From an uncultured Nitrososphaeraceae archaeon (lineage in GTDB: Archaea; Thermoproteota; Nitrososphaeria; Nitrososphaerales; Nitrososphaeraceae), in contig CAVXZB010000078.1 in assembly GCA_963765895.1 (NCBI GenBank), positions 1 through 64,000 of the forward strand: a stretch of DNA of 64,000 nucleotides. Direction: 5' to 3'. The notes under the pieces were generated by a model. That model was given only the letters and a program-made list of their open reading frames with translations, made no database searches and was not told where the DNA came from. A program made the translations under genes and the position numbers. Shown here in pieces: positions 10,302 through 21,882 of this stretch (within the stretch, counting starts at the first letter, position 1; every line of letters begins with the position of its first letter).

Positions 10302-11339
10302 TTGGCTTCAACTTTATTAATTTGGAAGTCTTGGATAGTCTTTGTATATGCGATTGCGATTTCAGCTGAATCCATTATAATAGAATATTTAACTTCTTCT
10401 TACATCAGTATTTCTCCCCTACTACTCTCTTCGACGAGCATAACTTTGGCTGGTATATTGTTGTTGCTGACTGCAATCTTTGCCTTTAAAAGGAAACGAA
10501 CCATAATGGTTCTGTTCACAGGATCTGCAAAATTACTTATTTTAGCATCGTTGTCACTTGCAATGGGCATACTAACATGGTATGATTCTATAACCAAAAT
10601 CGGTGCATCCAAGGAACTCCTTGTCGCAGGCCCGCTTGAGATAGTAATCATTGTTCTATTAGCAAGATTATTTCTGAATGAAAGACTACAAAAAACACAC
10701 TGTGTTGGGATAAGTCTGGCATTAATAGGTTTTGTATTGGCGCTGCTGAGCGACTCTAATTTGGGCTCTGACAGTAGTATGTACTATACAACGAAATCCA
10801 CAACGTATTCTATAGGGCCAATTGGTATTGGAGATTTTGAAGCGATGATTTCGGCATTTGGATTTGCCCTTGGCGTGCTCTTTCTTAGTAAACTTCTGTC
10901 AAGATATTCCCCAATAGAGGTAGCTGGCACAACTATGTTCATGTCCGGCATTTTACTGTTTGCGATGTTAATGATTGGAATTCTAGCGTATGGTACCAAT
11001 GGTGTTTTGCTGAACGGATCGGCTACTATCTCGTTTGAAAGGCCTATATCAATTACGAATGCTCTCGTCATACTCGTCTTATTTTCGCTGATCCCATTTG
11101 TTGGATCATTATCCTACTCTACCGGTCTGAGTCGAATTGGTGCTTCGCTAACCGCAACGATTGGGTCTTCTAGCATTGTAATCACTGTGTTCCTGCAACT
11201 AATTATTCGAGAATTGGGCTTTAATACCCATCTGCCCGAGAATTTGCTTTTTGCAATTTTAGGCGGCGCAGTAGGGTTTATCGGAATATACATAATCCAC
11301 TTACCAGGATACTTTGTTCCTATCACAAAAAGAAATTAA
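10302..11339 (+). CDS. DMT/EamA family transporter
   Basis: About 10 TM helices in two repeats; LARLFLNERL motif. Confidence 0.85.
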   Translation: MASTLLIWKSWIVFVYAIAISAESIIIEYLTSSYISISPLLLSSTSITLAGILLLLTAIFAFKRKRTIMVLFTGSAKLLILASLSLAMGILTWYDSITKIGASKELLVAGPLEIVIIVLLARLFLNERLQKTHCVGISLALIGFVLALLSDSNLGSDSSMYYTTKSTTYSIGPIGIGDFEAMISAFGFALGVLFLSKLLSRYSPIEVAGTTMFMSGILLFAMLMIGILAYGTNGVLLNGSATISFERPISITNALVILVLFSLIPFVGSLSYSTGLSRIGASLTATIGSSSIVITVFLQLIIRELGFNTHLPENLLFAILGGAVGFIGIYIIHLPGYFVPITKRN

Positions 11340-11631
11340 TATTGAGTTAATTGAACCCCTTCCTTTTGTCTTTCAGCTACTAGTCGATCCGTCTACAGAA
11401 ATTAAATATAAATAAAGTTATCTAAAATTATTTCGCTAGGGATATGAACCCTTGATCTAAATCCAAGCGCGACTGTCTATTGGCTTAGGATAATAGATAA
11501 CCAATCCGAGAATAAAGCATTCGAGGAACTCAAATTTGTTTAATTTTAATAGATCATGTTGCAGATGGCTCTAGCAAGACCTAGTCTAATCTAATTTTCC
11601 CTTATTCCAGACATATGGATAAAACGAATCG

Positions 11632-11673
11632 ATATGGTATCACATATGATATGGTATCATGTGAAATGATACC
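11632..11673. promoter_or_regulatory. candidate operator: GGTATCAT-N5-ATGATACC inverted repeat plus a direct ATATGGTATCA repeat
   Basis: Perfect 8-bp IR at 11653-11673; ATATGGTATCA at 11632 and 11649. Confidence 0.4.
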
Positions 11674-11938
11674 GTATGCGAGTGTACCTAATACAAATGC
11701 ACAAGGATTCATTGAAAGATTGCCTAACCAAGTAATAAGACTCATTAGCTCATGAAAAGTGAGTCATTTGTAAGGAATAAAGTAAACGAGACAAAACAGG
11801 CCACGTCTACTCATATCACGCTCGACGAGATCTAGAATAAGATTTAGTCTCACTTCAATGGATAGATAGATAACAGGGGGCAGATTCTTGATGCACTAGA
11901 GCAAGAGTAAGTCAATATAGAGATTACAAGATCGGTTC

Positions 11939-12226
11939 TCAGAAATTGTCACCAAAGTTGTGGGTACTTTCGTCAACTTGCTCCTGTGGAGTCTTTTTAT
12001 CATGAGGATGCTCCCATTTATGGGTACGATGATCAGCCTTTATTTCATGCTCTTCTCTTACATGATGTAATCTGTCTTTCTCGTGGATAAATTCCATACC
12101 GCAATTATTACATTTCACAATCGGATGATGATGGACGCTTCTTGAATGTTCTATAAGATCGTCATTATTTCCAAACTTTTGACCACATTGGTCACAAATA
12201 TGTTTATCATGATGAAATAGGTTCAT
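11939..12226 (-). CDS. double C2H2 zinc-finger protein
   Basis: CDQC..HSRSVH and CNNC..HVREEH. Confidence 0.88.
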   Translation of the reverse strand: MNLFHHDKHICDQCGQKFGNNDDLIEHSRSVHHHPIVKCNNCGMEFIHEKDRLHHVREEHEIKADHRTHKWEHPHDKKTPQEQVDESTHNFGDNF

Positions 12227-12922
12227 TAAACAAACTCTATCTGAGGTCTACTATTAAAATCATCCGTAGCAAATCTCATGATCCGGTTTGGAAGATGATA
12301 GCAAGATTGTATCGAGAGCAAATCTCCATTAACTCGTATAGCTATTTTGCAAGAATATAGAGACAAATTATTCTAGGTGCTTTCGAACTAACATTAGATA
12401 TACGTGCTTAAGCAAAAACCTTAATATTCAATAGCTATCTGGTTCAAGCTACCAAAAATAAAACTGGTACGATTGGAGTTTTTTCTACTGATCTTATAAT
12501 TGTGCAATTTGAATTCGAATTAGATGGATTAAGTTACCCTTTGAAGACTATGAGAAAGGAAGGTTGCCAGTATGTTCGGAATAATTATTATTAGTTTGAA
12601 TCCAAGAGGAAACAAAATTGCACTAGCATATGTGCGTCATCGAAAGGATGATCCCGATATAATCAAACAATCAGTCAAAATAGGATCTGCCAGACAAATA
12701 GAGAATAATCTCTTAAAATTGTTGTACTTTGCCCGGAGTAAAGAAAAAGACCAGCCCTTGACTCCCCGTCCAGATTTGAATTAATTTTTCTGAATCAGAT
12801 TATGAAATTTATAGCCTACAGCGATTTTGTTAAGCCAATTTCAAAGTAAACCCAAGTGTCAGCATTAAGGGGTTACCTAACATGAATTGAACTGCCTATA
12901 GCTCAATCAATGTAGAAGAACA

Positions 12923-13174
12923 TTACGGCGCGCTTTCCCATTGAAAGTAAACAGTTCCTCCTTTGCATGCTGAGCAAATAGATGATTTGCTATCTTTCAT
13001 AGAGCTCCATACTTCAATTTCACCAAGAATTTTTTCTAATTCCTCTTGCGTGCCAACTCCGTCGTACGACAATAAATTAATAATCTCTTCCTTCGAGTAT
13101 GATGTTGAAGCATTGTCCCTGAGTAAATTCTCCACCCTATTTTGAATATCTCTTCCCTTATTGTTATCCATCAT
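12923..13174 (-). CDS. hypothetical protein (possible small wHTH)
   Basis: 83-aa ATG ORF, helix-rich with C-terminal GGTVYFQW hairpin. Confidence 0.6.
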   Translation of the reverse strand: MMDNNKGRDIQNRVENLLRDNASTSYSKEEIINLLSYDGVGTQEELEKILGEIEVWSSMKDSKSSICSACKGGTVYFQWESAP

Positions 13175-14010
13175 TAATATTCATATGTATGCCCCTCTTC
13201 CAATAATATGCCTTTGGTTTTGCTAGCTTGTTATGACGCCAAATACAACGTAATCTATCAACTTAGGAAACAATTTCCCATTTAATCGAGAATATATGTT
13301 AACAAACTATTAATTAGACATTGGGCCTCCATAATGCGTTACTTGTTTTCAAGCATATCCTGAAGACAGAAAGAAATCATATCAGGTAGAAAATTATCTG
13401 CTACAAATTCGTTACCTGAATCCGACCACTCCAATCTCAAATTTCCCTTACGGATAAGAAAGAGGTTGACTTGTTTAGTATACCTTTGCTATTGAGCAAC
13501 AGGCTCATAAAGATGGTAACTTGACCACGGGGATAAACCTTATAGTAAAGAATATGGAATCGACTTATATCAAATATTTGCAGGATCAATCTTGGCTGCA
13601 TCCACATTCATACTTACGTGTTTTAAGGCACCAGATACACTGCAACACTAGAGAGAAATCTATATAACAAATTACCATTAACGTCTATAACTTACTGTAA
13701 ACTACTGTTGTAACCAATTGATAGGACATAGAAATTTCCTGGTGTCCGGGTCGAGGTGGCAGGACGCATAATTGCCTGTCCTATCTGCAGACTACCTTCG
13801 ACATTAAAGCTTAGCCATTGTTAAAGCCCATCTTGGCCATTACACAAAAATCTGAATAGTTATCAATCAAGAATTGAGAAATAAGAAACACTTCGGGTAG
13901 ATGATGTATAATACGAATAAAAATGGTCAGAAAATCTTGTCATAATATGGTCAATTGCAATTCATCTAAGCCGAGAAATTAAGCCATCGATATAACCTCC
14001 GGGAAATGGG

Positions 14011-14331
14011 CTAACTGAATGTGTAATCTAGGACGGTATACTCGTGTCTTTTTAGTTCGCCATCCATCATTAATTGTATTTTATCTAGAATTGCAGAATA
14101 ACTTACGTCACCTGAATAATATTTGTCCATATATTGTTTATTTTCCCACACGGTAATGTTAGTGGCAATTTCTGAAGTATGAGGGTCGAGCATCAACAGG
14201 AAGCCTTTCAAACCTTTCACCTTTCCTACATTCTCCTTCCAAAATTGTGAGATTATTTTCAATCCCTCATCTTTCCTACCTAATTTGAAACGGCCACTAA
14301 TTTTCTTAGCATAGTACATTGTGAAGTTCAC
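14011..14331 (-). CDS. ABM-like (dimeric alpha-beta barrel) protein
   Basis: KVKGLKGFLLM..ITVWEN pattern. Confidence 0.75.
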   Translation of the reverse strand: MNFTMYYAKKISGRFKLGRKDEGLKIISQFWKENVGKVKGLKGFLLMLDPHTSEIATNITVWENKQYMDKYYSGDVSYSAILDKIQLMMDGELKRHEYTVLDYTFS

Positions 14332-14778
14332 TATCTATCAAATTATTATCTCTTGCCGATCTGCTATGATTCATAGATACGATACTTTTATAAGAATATT
14401 GCCATGACAGTTTTTTATTCCCTATCACAGTTTCAATTTCTATTTGGGATAAAGCAATAAAGTTTTGAATTTTTGATCAGTTGCCTAGATGCAGTACAGA
14501 CCTAAATGGTCAATGCCAAATTACAATATAGCAGTTGTTCCTATGAATTAGATCGTGAAGTTGGGTGTTGCAAAAAGTTTCATGTCAGATTCGATAATAC
14601 GGGCATACGTCGGTTTTGGCCAAATAGGCCCTGCATATCTATGTAAAACTTGGAATTTTGCTGTTAGTCCAACACATACAATAGTTGAATAAGGCTTGAA
14701 TGATACAAGAACACTGTTCCTTACAGAGTTACTATTTCGAAACTGATTGATGTGTTATTAAAAAATGATTTGTTATCG

Positions 14779-14976
14779 CTAATATTTTTTAACGTCCCGA
14801 CATATGGCATCGATCATTTGTTCTCCCTTTAGTTTCCTTATGAGGTGATAATGATTCTTACAGATGAAAAACAGTGTATTGGATCCACTATTCGCACCAA
14901 GATGTAGACAAAAATCAGCATCTTTCGAACAAATATTGCAGCAGTTTAACATTCTGTTTCCATGCATTTTTAACAC
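14779..14976 (-). CDS. small Cys/His zinc-binding protein
   Basis: CNICxxxADFC..ICKNH; paralogous to 21679-21882. Confidence 0.65.
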   Translation of the reverse strand: MLKMHGNRMLNCCNICSKDADFCLHLGANSGSNTLFFICKNHYHLIRKLKGEQMIDAICRDVKKY

Positions 14977-15418
14977 TCGGGTGCTAAATGCTCCTCTGAA
15001 GTAGCCATCAATGGCAATATATCACTATTTGCACATATCACTTGTACCTATTTTAACTTTTCAGAGCGTGATTAGATTACCTAATTTTTTCTGAGTGTTA
15101 TATTCGACTTTCTAATATTTTGACGATACAGATTAGGGTCTACTTTATGGTAGAATTAATGAATGTAACTGAAATATTTTGTAACATCATCTGGTCAAAA
15201 AAAATTTAAAGGCAATTCCGATGCGTTTGATGTAGACATTATTCCTGCTTTGCTTACCTAGTCTTGACTCCTGGCTGATTGATAGATTAGCATATAATCC
15301 CCAATAGTATTCAAAACACGAGTCCTTTAATTGACACAGGTTTCTGAATTAAATAGGTCCATATACATCTGCAAGAGTGACAGACATCTTTATTTAATTC
15401 GCTAGACCTACAGGAGAT

Positions 15419-16177
15419 ATGTTCGAAATCAAGGTTGGAGAATCTAGGATTAATTTAGGCCTAGTAGTTGTCGATATGCAGAACGGATTTGTAGCCAGGG
15501 ATGGATCATACGACAAGCTGGGGATGAACACTCCACTCTACAGAGAGATAGTCCCTAGAGTCAGACAACTCATTGATTCATGTAAATCATTTGGTATACC
15601 AGTTTTCTTTACTGAAGCTGTTCGGGAGGCCACTGGAATTGATCTTCTAACTAAAGTTCATACACTGTTACCAAGGTCTAGAGAGGAGAGATTGAAAGTT
15701 CCTATTTGTGTTAGAGGAACATGGGACGCCCAAACAATTGATGAGCTGAAACCACATGAAGAGGACCATGTGATTATAAAAAGAAGGGATTCCGCATTTC
15801 AAGACACAGAATTAAGAGTATGGCTGCAAAGTGTTGGAATTAATACTTTAATCTTTTGTGGAGTGGACACATCAATATGTGTCGAAACTTCAATAAGAGA
15901 TGCCTTCAATTTAGGTTATGACATTATCCTCATTTCAGATGCTACGGCGTCTGGGATAAAGAGCCATTACGAAACTACACTAGCCAGGGTGCGAGATTAT
16001 TACGGATTGCAGATGAATTACGATAGATTTATGGTCATGATGACTAATTTGAATGAAATGAAAAAAGTGAAGTTGAATCTAATGGATCATAAACAACAAT
16101 TGGATAAATTCATTGAAGAATTTGGTCTTTTAGACTTTCGAGATTTTAGGCAAGCACCCATGCAGACTGCCCAGTAA
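15419..16177 (+). CDS. isochorismatase-family cysteine hydrolase (RutB-like)
   Basis: VVVDMQNGF (Asp), IKRRDSAF (Lys), GVDTSICV (Cys). Confidence 0.93.
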   Translation: MFEIKVGESRINLGLVVVDMQNGFVARDGSYDKLGMNTPLYREIVPRVRQLIDSCKSFGIPVFFTEAVREATGIDLLTKVHTLLPRSREERLKVPICVRGTWDAQTIDELKPHEEDHVIIKRRDSAFQDTELRVWLQSVGINTLIFCGVDTSICVETSIRDAFNLGYDIILISDATASGIKSHYETTLARVRDYYGLQMNYDRFMVMMTNLNEMKKVKLNLMDHKQQLDKFIEEFGLLDFRDFRQAPMQTAQ

Positions 16178-16671
16178 TGCGGAAACCTCTTACGACTGTG
16201 ATTCTCAAATAGAGCTATAAGAATGACGGTCAATCCGAAAATGCAAAGTCTAATGCTTAGTTTCATCTAATACGACATAGTCTTCAAAATTCAGCACAAA
16301 TTAATCTATACGTTCTTTTTTTGATTGGATACTTCAGCTCCCTCTGGCTTACCTTCTATTCTCTTCCAATAACCTAATATTTCATTGAATCGGTTATTTA
16401 GACATCTAATCCAGTAAGCCATGATGCCCTGGGTTACTATGATAAGTTATTCTTTTGTGATCTCCACACAGAGTACCATATAGATCTATTTTTGGACTGT
16501 ATTTTGATTTCTTGAAAGCTCGCTACACATAACCCCTTTGATTGGATAATGGTTCCGACTGTCCTATAACAATCTGAGCTAAACGGTATGTCTTAATTAG
16601 ATGGTGCCCAACTGCAACTTCACGTCAGGAATAGACTTTTAGTCTACCAGGCCCCAAGTCAAGATCGATTT

Positions 16672-17823
16672 ATGAAGTCCGAAGATGGAATAGAAGGATT
16701 TGCAACACATGCTGGTACGCTGGCGTACGTAGCTAATTCAGTCAAGGAAGGCATGCCCTCGGACCACTTTCGGTTTTTTAATAATCTATATTTTTCAAGC
16801 ATAGGTATGGGAACATACCTGGGTCAAACAACTAATATAGATGACAAAGATATGGAAAACGCAGTTTATGATTCTATTAAATCTGGTGCAATAAATGTTA
16901 TCGATACTGCTATAAACTATAGAGCAATGAAATCAGAAAAATCCATAGGACGTGCTTTAGCCCGATTGATAAAAGAGGGAATAGTGAGCAGAGATCGAAT
17001 TTTTATATGCACGAAAAATGGTTATGTAACTAATGACGAAGATTACCCCAGCATTGACTTGAGGGAATACATTAATCGGATGTATATATCGCCAGGCATA
17101 ATAGAACTAAATGACATAAGTTCAGGTTATCATATCCTTAATCCTGCATATATAGCGCGATGTATAGATAAATCACTATGTAACTTGGGTGTTAATACAC
17201 TCGATTTAGTCTATATTCACAATGCATACGAGAGTTGGTTTAATGATGTGTCTCGAGACAAGTTTATGGAAATGCTTCTAGAGACCTTTCGAGTATATGA
17301 GAGATACCGAGCGTACAACAAAATTCGATATTATGGTATGGCTACGTGGACTTGTTTCAGGGTCCCCTCAGAGAGTAGGGAGTATATCTCATTGGAACAG
17401 GTCGTAGATCTTGCTGAAAAGGCCTGCGGGCACAAAGAACATGGATTTCGGTTCGTTCAACTTCCTTATAATTTAATCTATAATGAGGCATTATTCCTAA
17501 GGAATCAGACTGTAGGATCAGAAAATAAATTGACCATCCTGGAAGCGGCGGAGAAATTAAACATTGGAATATTTACTAGTATACCATTGTTCCAAACCAG
17601 ATTGCTAAGAGATGAAGTCCCAGATTACGGGACTGGGCTAGAAAGCAAGGTTGCAAAAGTAGTCCAAATAATTAGATCTACTCCTAATTTAATAGCCCCA
17701 CTCATTGGTCATAAAAAACCTGAACATGTCAAAGAAAATATAAAGATTGCACAGGTATCTCCACTCACTGGAGCCGAATTCAAAGCTGCGGTCGAAATAC
17801 TGTTTAGAAATCAAAACTTATAG
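16672..17823 (+). CDS. aldo/keto reductase
   Basis: SIGMGT, IDTAINY, SEKSIG, LDLVYIH, VQLPYN. Confidence 0.93.
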   Translation: MKSEDGIEGFATHAGTLAYVANSVKEGMPSDHFRFFNNLYFSSIGMGTYLGQTTNIDDKDMENAVYDSIKSGAINVIDTAINYRAMKSEKSIGRALARLIKEGIVSRDRIFICTKNGYVTNDEDYPSIDLREYINRMYISPGIIELNDISSGYHILNPAYIARCIDKSLCNLGVNTLDLVYIHNAYESWFNDVSRDKFMEMLLETFRVYERYRAYNKIRYYGMATWTCFRVPSESREYISLEQVVDLAEKACGHKEHGFRFVQLPYNLIYNEALFLRNQTVGSENKLTILEAAEKLNIGIFTSIPLFQTRLLRDEVPDYGTGLESKVAKVVQIIRSTPNLIAPLIGHKKPEHVKENIKIAQVSPLTGAEFKAAVEILFRNQNL

Positions 17824-18659
17824 TTCATGTATATTTAGAATGATAGCAGGCCTAGAAATATAATATTAGCTAGAATAGATATAACTTGGAAAACTATTGT
17901 CAATGATATTGTTCGGATTCATATTAATCTCCTCCTTATTGCCAAGGTTAGAATATGTTTAGGTTAATGATGCATTTTATTATGTGCTAAATGTGACAAG
18001 CACACGACTCTTACAGACCAAGGTTTACTTTTACAACATGAATCGGAACAGAAGAACATAAGGCTCTTACCAAAAACTAGTATAGCGTATACCCTAACTG
18101 AATTCGACGTAATGTTAGTTATTATTTGCAATCGTATCATTTCTGTAAAGTACGATAAGAAGCATATTTTGTTGTTATAAAACTGTTGCCAGGGCTCCTT
18201 CTTTTGAGGATCCAATATTAAGGATCGTCCATTTACAATGTCTTCATTCAGTTGTTGCCGCCAAGTAAACCTACAGATAGAATCCACTCCTATTGCACGA
18301 TTAATTGCTACGATATAGAGACGTGATAAGGTTTCAATCTCCTGTGCAAGCCAAGATTAGTAATACTAATCTATCAAATTAGGAATGACTACTAGGTTGA
18401 GATCTTATCTCTATTTCTTATACGGTGTTAATTTATTTCATGTCGCATTAGTGAAAGGAAAGAAAGGAAAGGATAGAGCAGACTTTTTGCTATTTTGACT
18501 TAAAATATCAATAGCTACGCTCTAATTGGCGACAAGTGTCAGAAATGCATGCGAAATGATTGAAAATGAGTTATAAAAAAATTACGATTTTAGGAAGGTG
18601 CCAAGCACCATAGTATGTAAGGATACGCTATAGCCTCTTTTATTGCTAATTATATCTTC

Positions 18660-19868
18660 TTATCGTTGTTCCTCGGAAGGGATTGCTTCGACAATGCTCA
18701 AAAAGCTTACATTGTCAGGTGGTTTTGTAATGCTAACAATATTAAACCCACAGGAACTAAGCAATTTGATTAACTCCGCTTCGGTCCTCAGTCTCCCACC
18801 TCGGGTGAGTATAAGCATCAGTATATCCGTAAATTTTCCGAAGAAGGGAGCATTTCCCTCAGGCATGATCGTTTCAATTATTAGCAATTTTGGGTGTGAC
18901 CGTTGTGTACTAGGTCTGTATAAGTTTGTCAAGCTAGTCTTTTTCATAGCATGTAAGCAATTTTTCAGGATCAATGCTGCTGACTCGTCATCCCAGTTCA
19001 GAATTACATTTTTTATTATATTACAATCAGCACCGGAGGGTATTGTCTTGAAGAAATTTCCTTTTACCAGCTTGCAACGTGAATATAGGGAATTATCATG
19101 GTCATCAAATTGCTTAGCTGCAGATGTCCAATACTTTTTTTTGGCACGTTGTATTACTTTAGGCATATCGAACAAAATGCCAAGTTGATTTGGATTTTTC
19201 TTCAAGATGGTCGACAGAAACACTCCTTGTCCTCCGCCGATATCCAGAATGGTCTTAAATTGCGAAAAATCGTACAAAGTGAAAATTGTCGACACGTATG
19301 ATAAGTTAAGGGAGTTCATGGCATTATCAAACGCCTCAGCATCAGTCTCGTTCTGTTTTTGTTGGAAATACTCAAACAAATCCATACCATTTGCATATTT
19401 AAACGAGTTCTCACCAGTTTCTATGGCATGCAAAAGGTTAGTCGTAGCTCTATTAAAGGAGTCTAGTCCAAACAATAATGCAAAGTCTCTAATAGAATTC
19501 GTTGTTTCTGAAAGCAACAAAGACGCCGCTGGTGTTAGGTCGAATCTTCTTACTGTATTTTGTTTATTCTGCTCTCGTCCGGCTCCAACTTTAGTGGTTT
19601 CACGAAAAATGCCTACACTAGCCAGCATTCGTAGCAACCTATAGAGGGCATTAGGACTAGTCTTTGTAATATTAGCCAATTCATCTACGGTCTTTCCGCC
19701 GTCGCTTAAATAATCAGGTATCCTCAGTTTCGCTACTATAAAAATACCCTGGCTGACAAGCTGGCCCCTGGCAAGGATTTCAAATACTGCAAGAACAGAG
19801 TTTTCGGATGGTAAGATCATCTTTGCGGATTTTTTACTTCGTGTCCTATTTGGGTCAGGCTTTGCCAT
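18660..19868 (-). CDS. O-methyltransferase (dimerisation + Methyltransf_2)
   Basis: LYRLLRMLASVGIF, LDIGGGQG, GNFF, VILNWDD (the usual catalytic His is Asn), GGRLRT. Confidence 0.92.
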   Translation of the reverse strand: MAKPDPNRTRSKKSAKMILPSENSVLAVFEILARGQLVSQGIFIVAKLRIPDYLSDGGKTVDELANITKTSPNALYRLLRMLASVGIFRETTKVGAGREQNKQNTVRRFDLTPAASLLLSETTNSIRDFALLFGLDSFNRATTNLLHAIETGENSFKYANGMDLFEYFQQKQNETDAEAFDNAMNSLNLSYVSTIFTLYDFSQFKTILDIGGGQGVFLSTILKKNPNQLGILFDMPKVIQRAKKKYWTSAAKQFDDHDNSLYSRCKLVKGNFFKTIPSGADCNIIKNVILNWDDESAALILKNCLHAMKKTSLTNLYRPSTQRSHPKLLIIETIMPEGNAPFFGKFTDILMLILTRGGRLRTEAELIKLLSSCGFNIVSITKPPDNVSFLSIVEAIPSEEQR

Positions 19869-20285
19869 GGTTAATAATTCGACGTGGTGCCAAAATATAC
19901 TTTTTTGGTTTGGCCCCCTCAGATCTTGTAATAAGTCCTCTTATTAGAGCTGTATTGGTTAGGAAGGCATGGTTCTGTGATAATTGATAACTCTTCGATC
20001 ATGCATCTGTTATGTAAAGATTTGAATAAACATAAACTCGCTTAATCGTGTAAATCCTATATTTTTCAAAGTTAGGATCTAAGCAGTCTTTCTCCCCGTG
20101 GGTAATGATATTTGCGTAGCTGATGATCGATGTCCACATAGTCAACAGATACTCTCATTCACAGCGTGACCAGAACGAACATTATCGTAGCTTAATCAAA
20201 ACTTTCGCAGAAGGTTCATTCTACATTATATTGTTTTGTAAGGGATTTTCTCAATCTCTCATTCGAAATTAACATAGCCAATATC

Positions 20286-21050
20286 CTAATGAAATAAGAT
20301 CCCGCAAGCTACAAGAAATATTAGCAATATATTTCCTTGTGGTTTAATAGTTCGAACAATAAATTTAAGGCCAGTTTCCATATATGGGACTCTATTGAGT
20401 TTTCTAATGAGCCTTTTTCGCTTTAGTTTGTGTACTACTGCTGTACTACCAACATATCCTATGATGCTTACAGGATCTCTAACAAAATAACAAGATCTAT
20501 CCTCGTCGTAATCAGCCTCTGATTTTGCTGTAATGTCCATATTTCTTGAATCATTTTTTTTATTGGTAACTAGTTTTGATATATCTTTTTTTGTCCATCT
20601 TGATTTGTGTGTTTCAAATGTGTTTCCGAAGGCACTTTTTTGATCACTCGGGTCTTTTGGAGTTGAGACCAATATCCCTAAATTTTTTGATAATAACTTC
20701 TCCAACAGAAGTTTTCCATCTGGTGTACTGAGGTGTTCCAAGACGTCTATAAGTAATACCAAGTCGTAGCTATAATCCAGCTTGGCAACCAGTTCTCGCA
20801 TGTCTTCAACATAGAGATTATCATAAACGTAGTTATGTAGCGGAGTAATGTAGGGACTGAAGGCTTCTACACCGTCAATTCTTCTTTTAAAGTCTGAATA
20901 TTGTTGCCTACCATCCCAGAGTTCTAAATACTCTCTACACAAAATTCCATATTTTCCAAAACCTGTCCCTACGTCTAATACAGAATGAGGATCTATAATC
21001 GTAATCAAATCCATAATCTTTGATATGTGATAGTGCTGACTAGATGGCAA
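20286..21050 (-). CDS. class I SAM-dependent methyltransferase
   Basis: VLDVGTGFG, YDLVLLIDVLEHL, STP. Confidence 0.9.
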   Translation of the reverse strand: MPSSQHYHISKIMDLITIIDPHSVLDVGTGFGKYGILCREYLELWDGRQQYSDFKRRIDGVEAFSPYITPLHNYVYDNLYVEDMRELVAKLDYSYDLVLLIDVLEHLSTPDGKLLLEKLLSKNLGILVSTPKDPSDQKSAFGNTFETHKSRWTKKDISKLVTNKKNDSRNMDITAKSEADYDEDRSCYFVRDPVSIIGYVGSTAVVHKLKRKRLIRKLNRVPYMETGLKFIVRTIKPQGNILLIFLVACGILFH

Positions 21051-21678
21051 ATCTATAAAGCATTACCGATCCCCAAATTATATAAATTCTATTGCTATCT
21101 TTACCTTTCCCGAGTGTTTGATAAGTAATGTCAGTACACTTTTTGGCTCTTAACAATTAAAGGCGGGCCAAGAGGATGATTAAATGCACGCTTTCTTGTC
21201 AGAGTTCCTTGGCAGAAGTTTGAATATTTCAGCAGGCGCAGCCACTGATAGGTCAGTTCTGTTCGACCAATAGCAATTACAAAATGCAAATACAATAATC
21301 AACTAGGGATATATAAGATTCCATCACCAAACCCTTTCTTAAACATGACTTTATCTAGTGATAGGGAACGTACTACTACATAAACGGATTTCAGAAAAAA
21401 TAACAGTAGTGCATAATAAGATAGAGATCTATAGTTTAATTGGTAATCGGTGATAGTTAATAAGGTATCTGTGCAAACAACATGTCAATATGGATCTCGT
21501 TATCTTGACAGTTCTACTAAAGGCGACCCAGGATGAGCGATTCTGAAGTCTGCGAATGCAAGCACACAAAGCTATATCATATGTTTACCACAATTAAGAG
21601 TTTGAAAAATGGGGAAGTCACACCAATTGTTTTTTGTCTGGAGTGCGACTGTTCTATATTTAGGAAAGTGGAACAGCA

Positions 21679-21882
21679 TTGAATAGATGCTGTTATTGCG
21701 ATGATTGTAATGGGATTGCAGATTGGTGCTTCGAAACCACAGAGCATATCAAGATGTATGCTTGCGATGAACATGTCATGATATTACGAAAGCTGTTGAA
21801 AGAAGAAAAATTTGTAATACTGACAATATCTGCTACACCACACTTACTAAATCCGGATCCGTCATTGTACGGAGACTGTTAG
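21679..21882 (+). CDS. small Cys/His zinc-binding protein
   Basis: CDDCxxxADWC..ACDEH; paralogous to 14779-14976. Confidence 0.65.
   Translation: MNRCCYCDDCNGIADWCFETTEHIKMYACDEHVMILRKLLKEEKFVILTISATPHLLNPDPSLYGDC

Noticed and set aside
11438-12781. Minus-strand T-arm-like scraps (AGGG-TTCATAT-CCCT at 11438-11452; TTCAAATCTGGACGGGGAG at 12762-12780)
   Set aside because: No full cloverleaf can be built; too short to call as tRNA remnants without a search
17964-18287. ORFs 17964-18287, 46965-47267, 23619-23879, 35897-36154, 12572-12784
   Set aside because: No motif and composition typical of random AT-rich frames; cannot be supported
18643-19644. Long + strand ORFs (also 44364-44987, 24090-24521, 27074-27526, 34466-34843, 10400-11326 pieces)
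   Set aside because: Antisense shadows of well-supported genes
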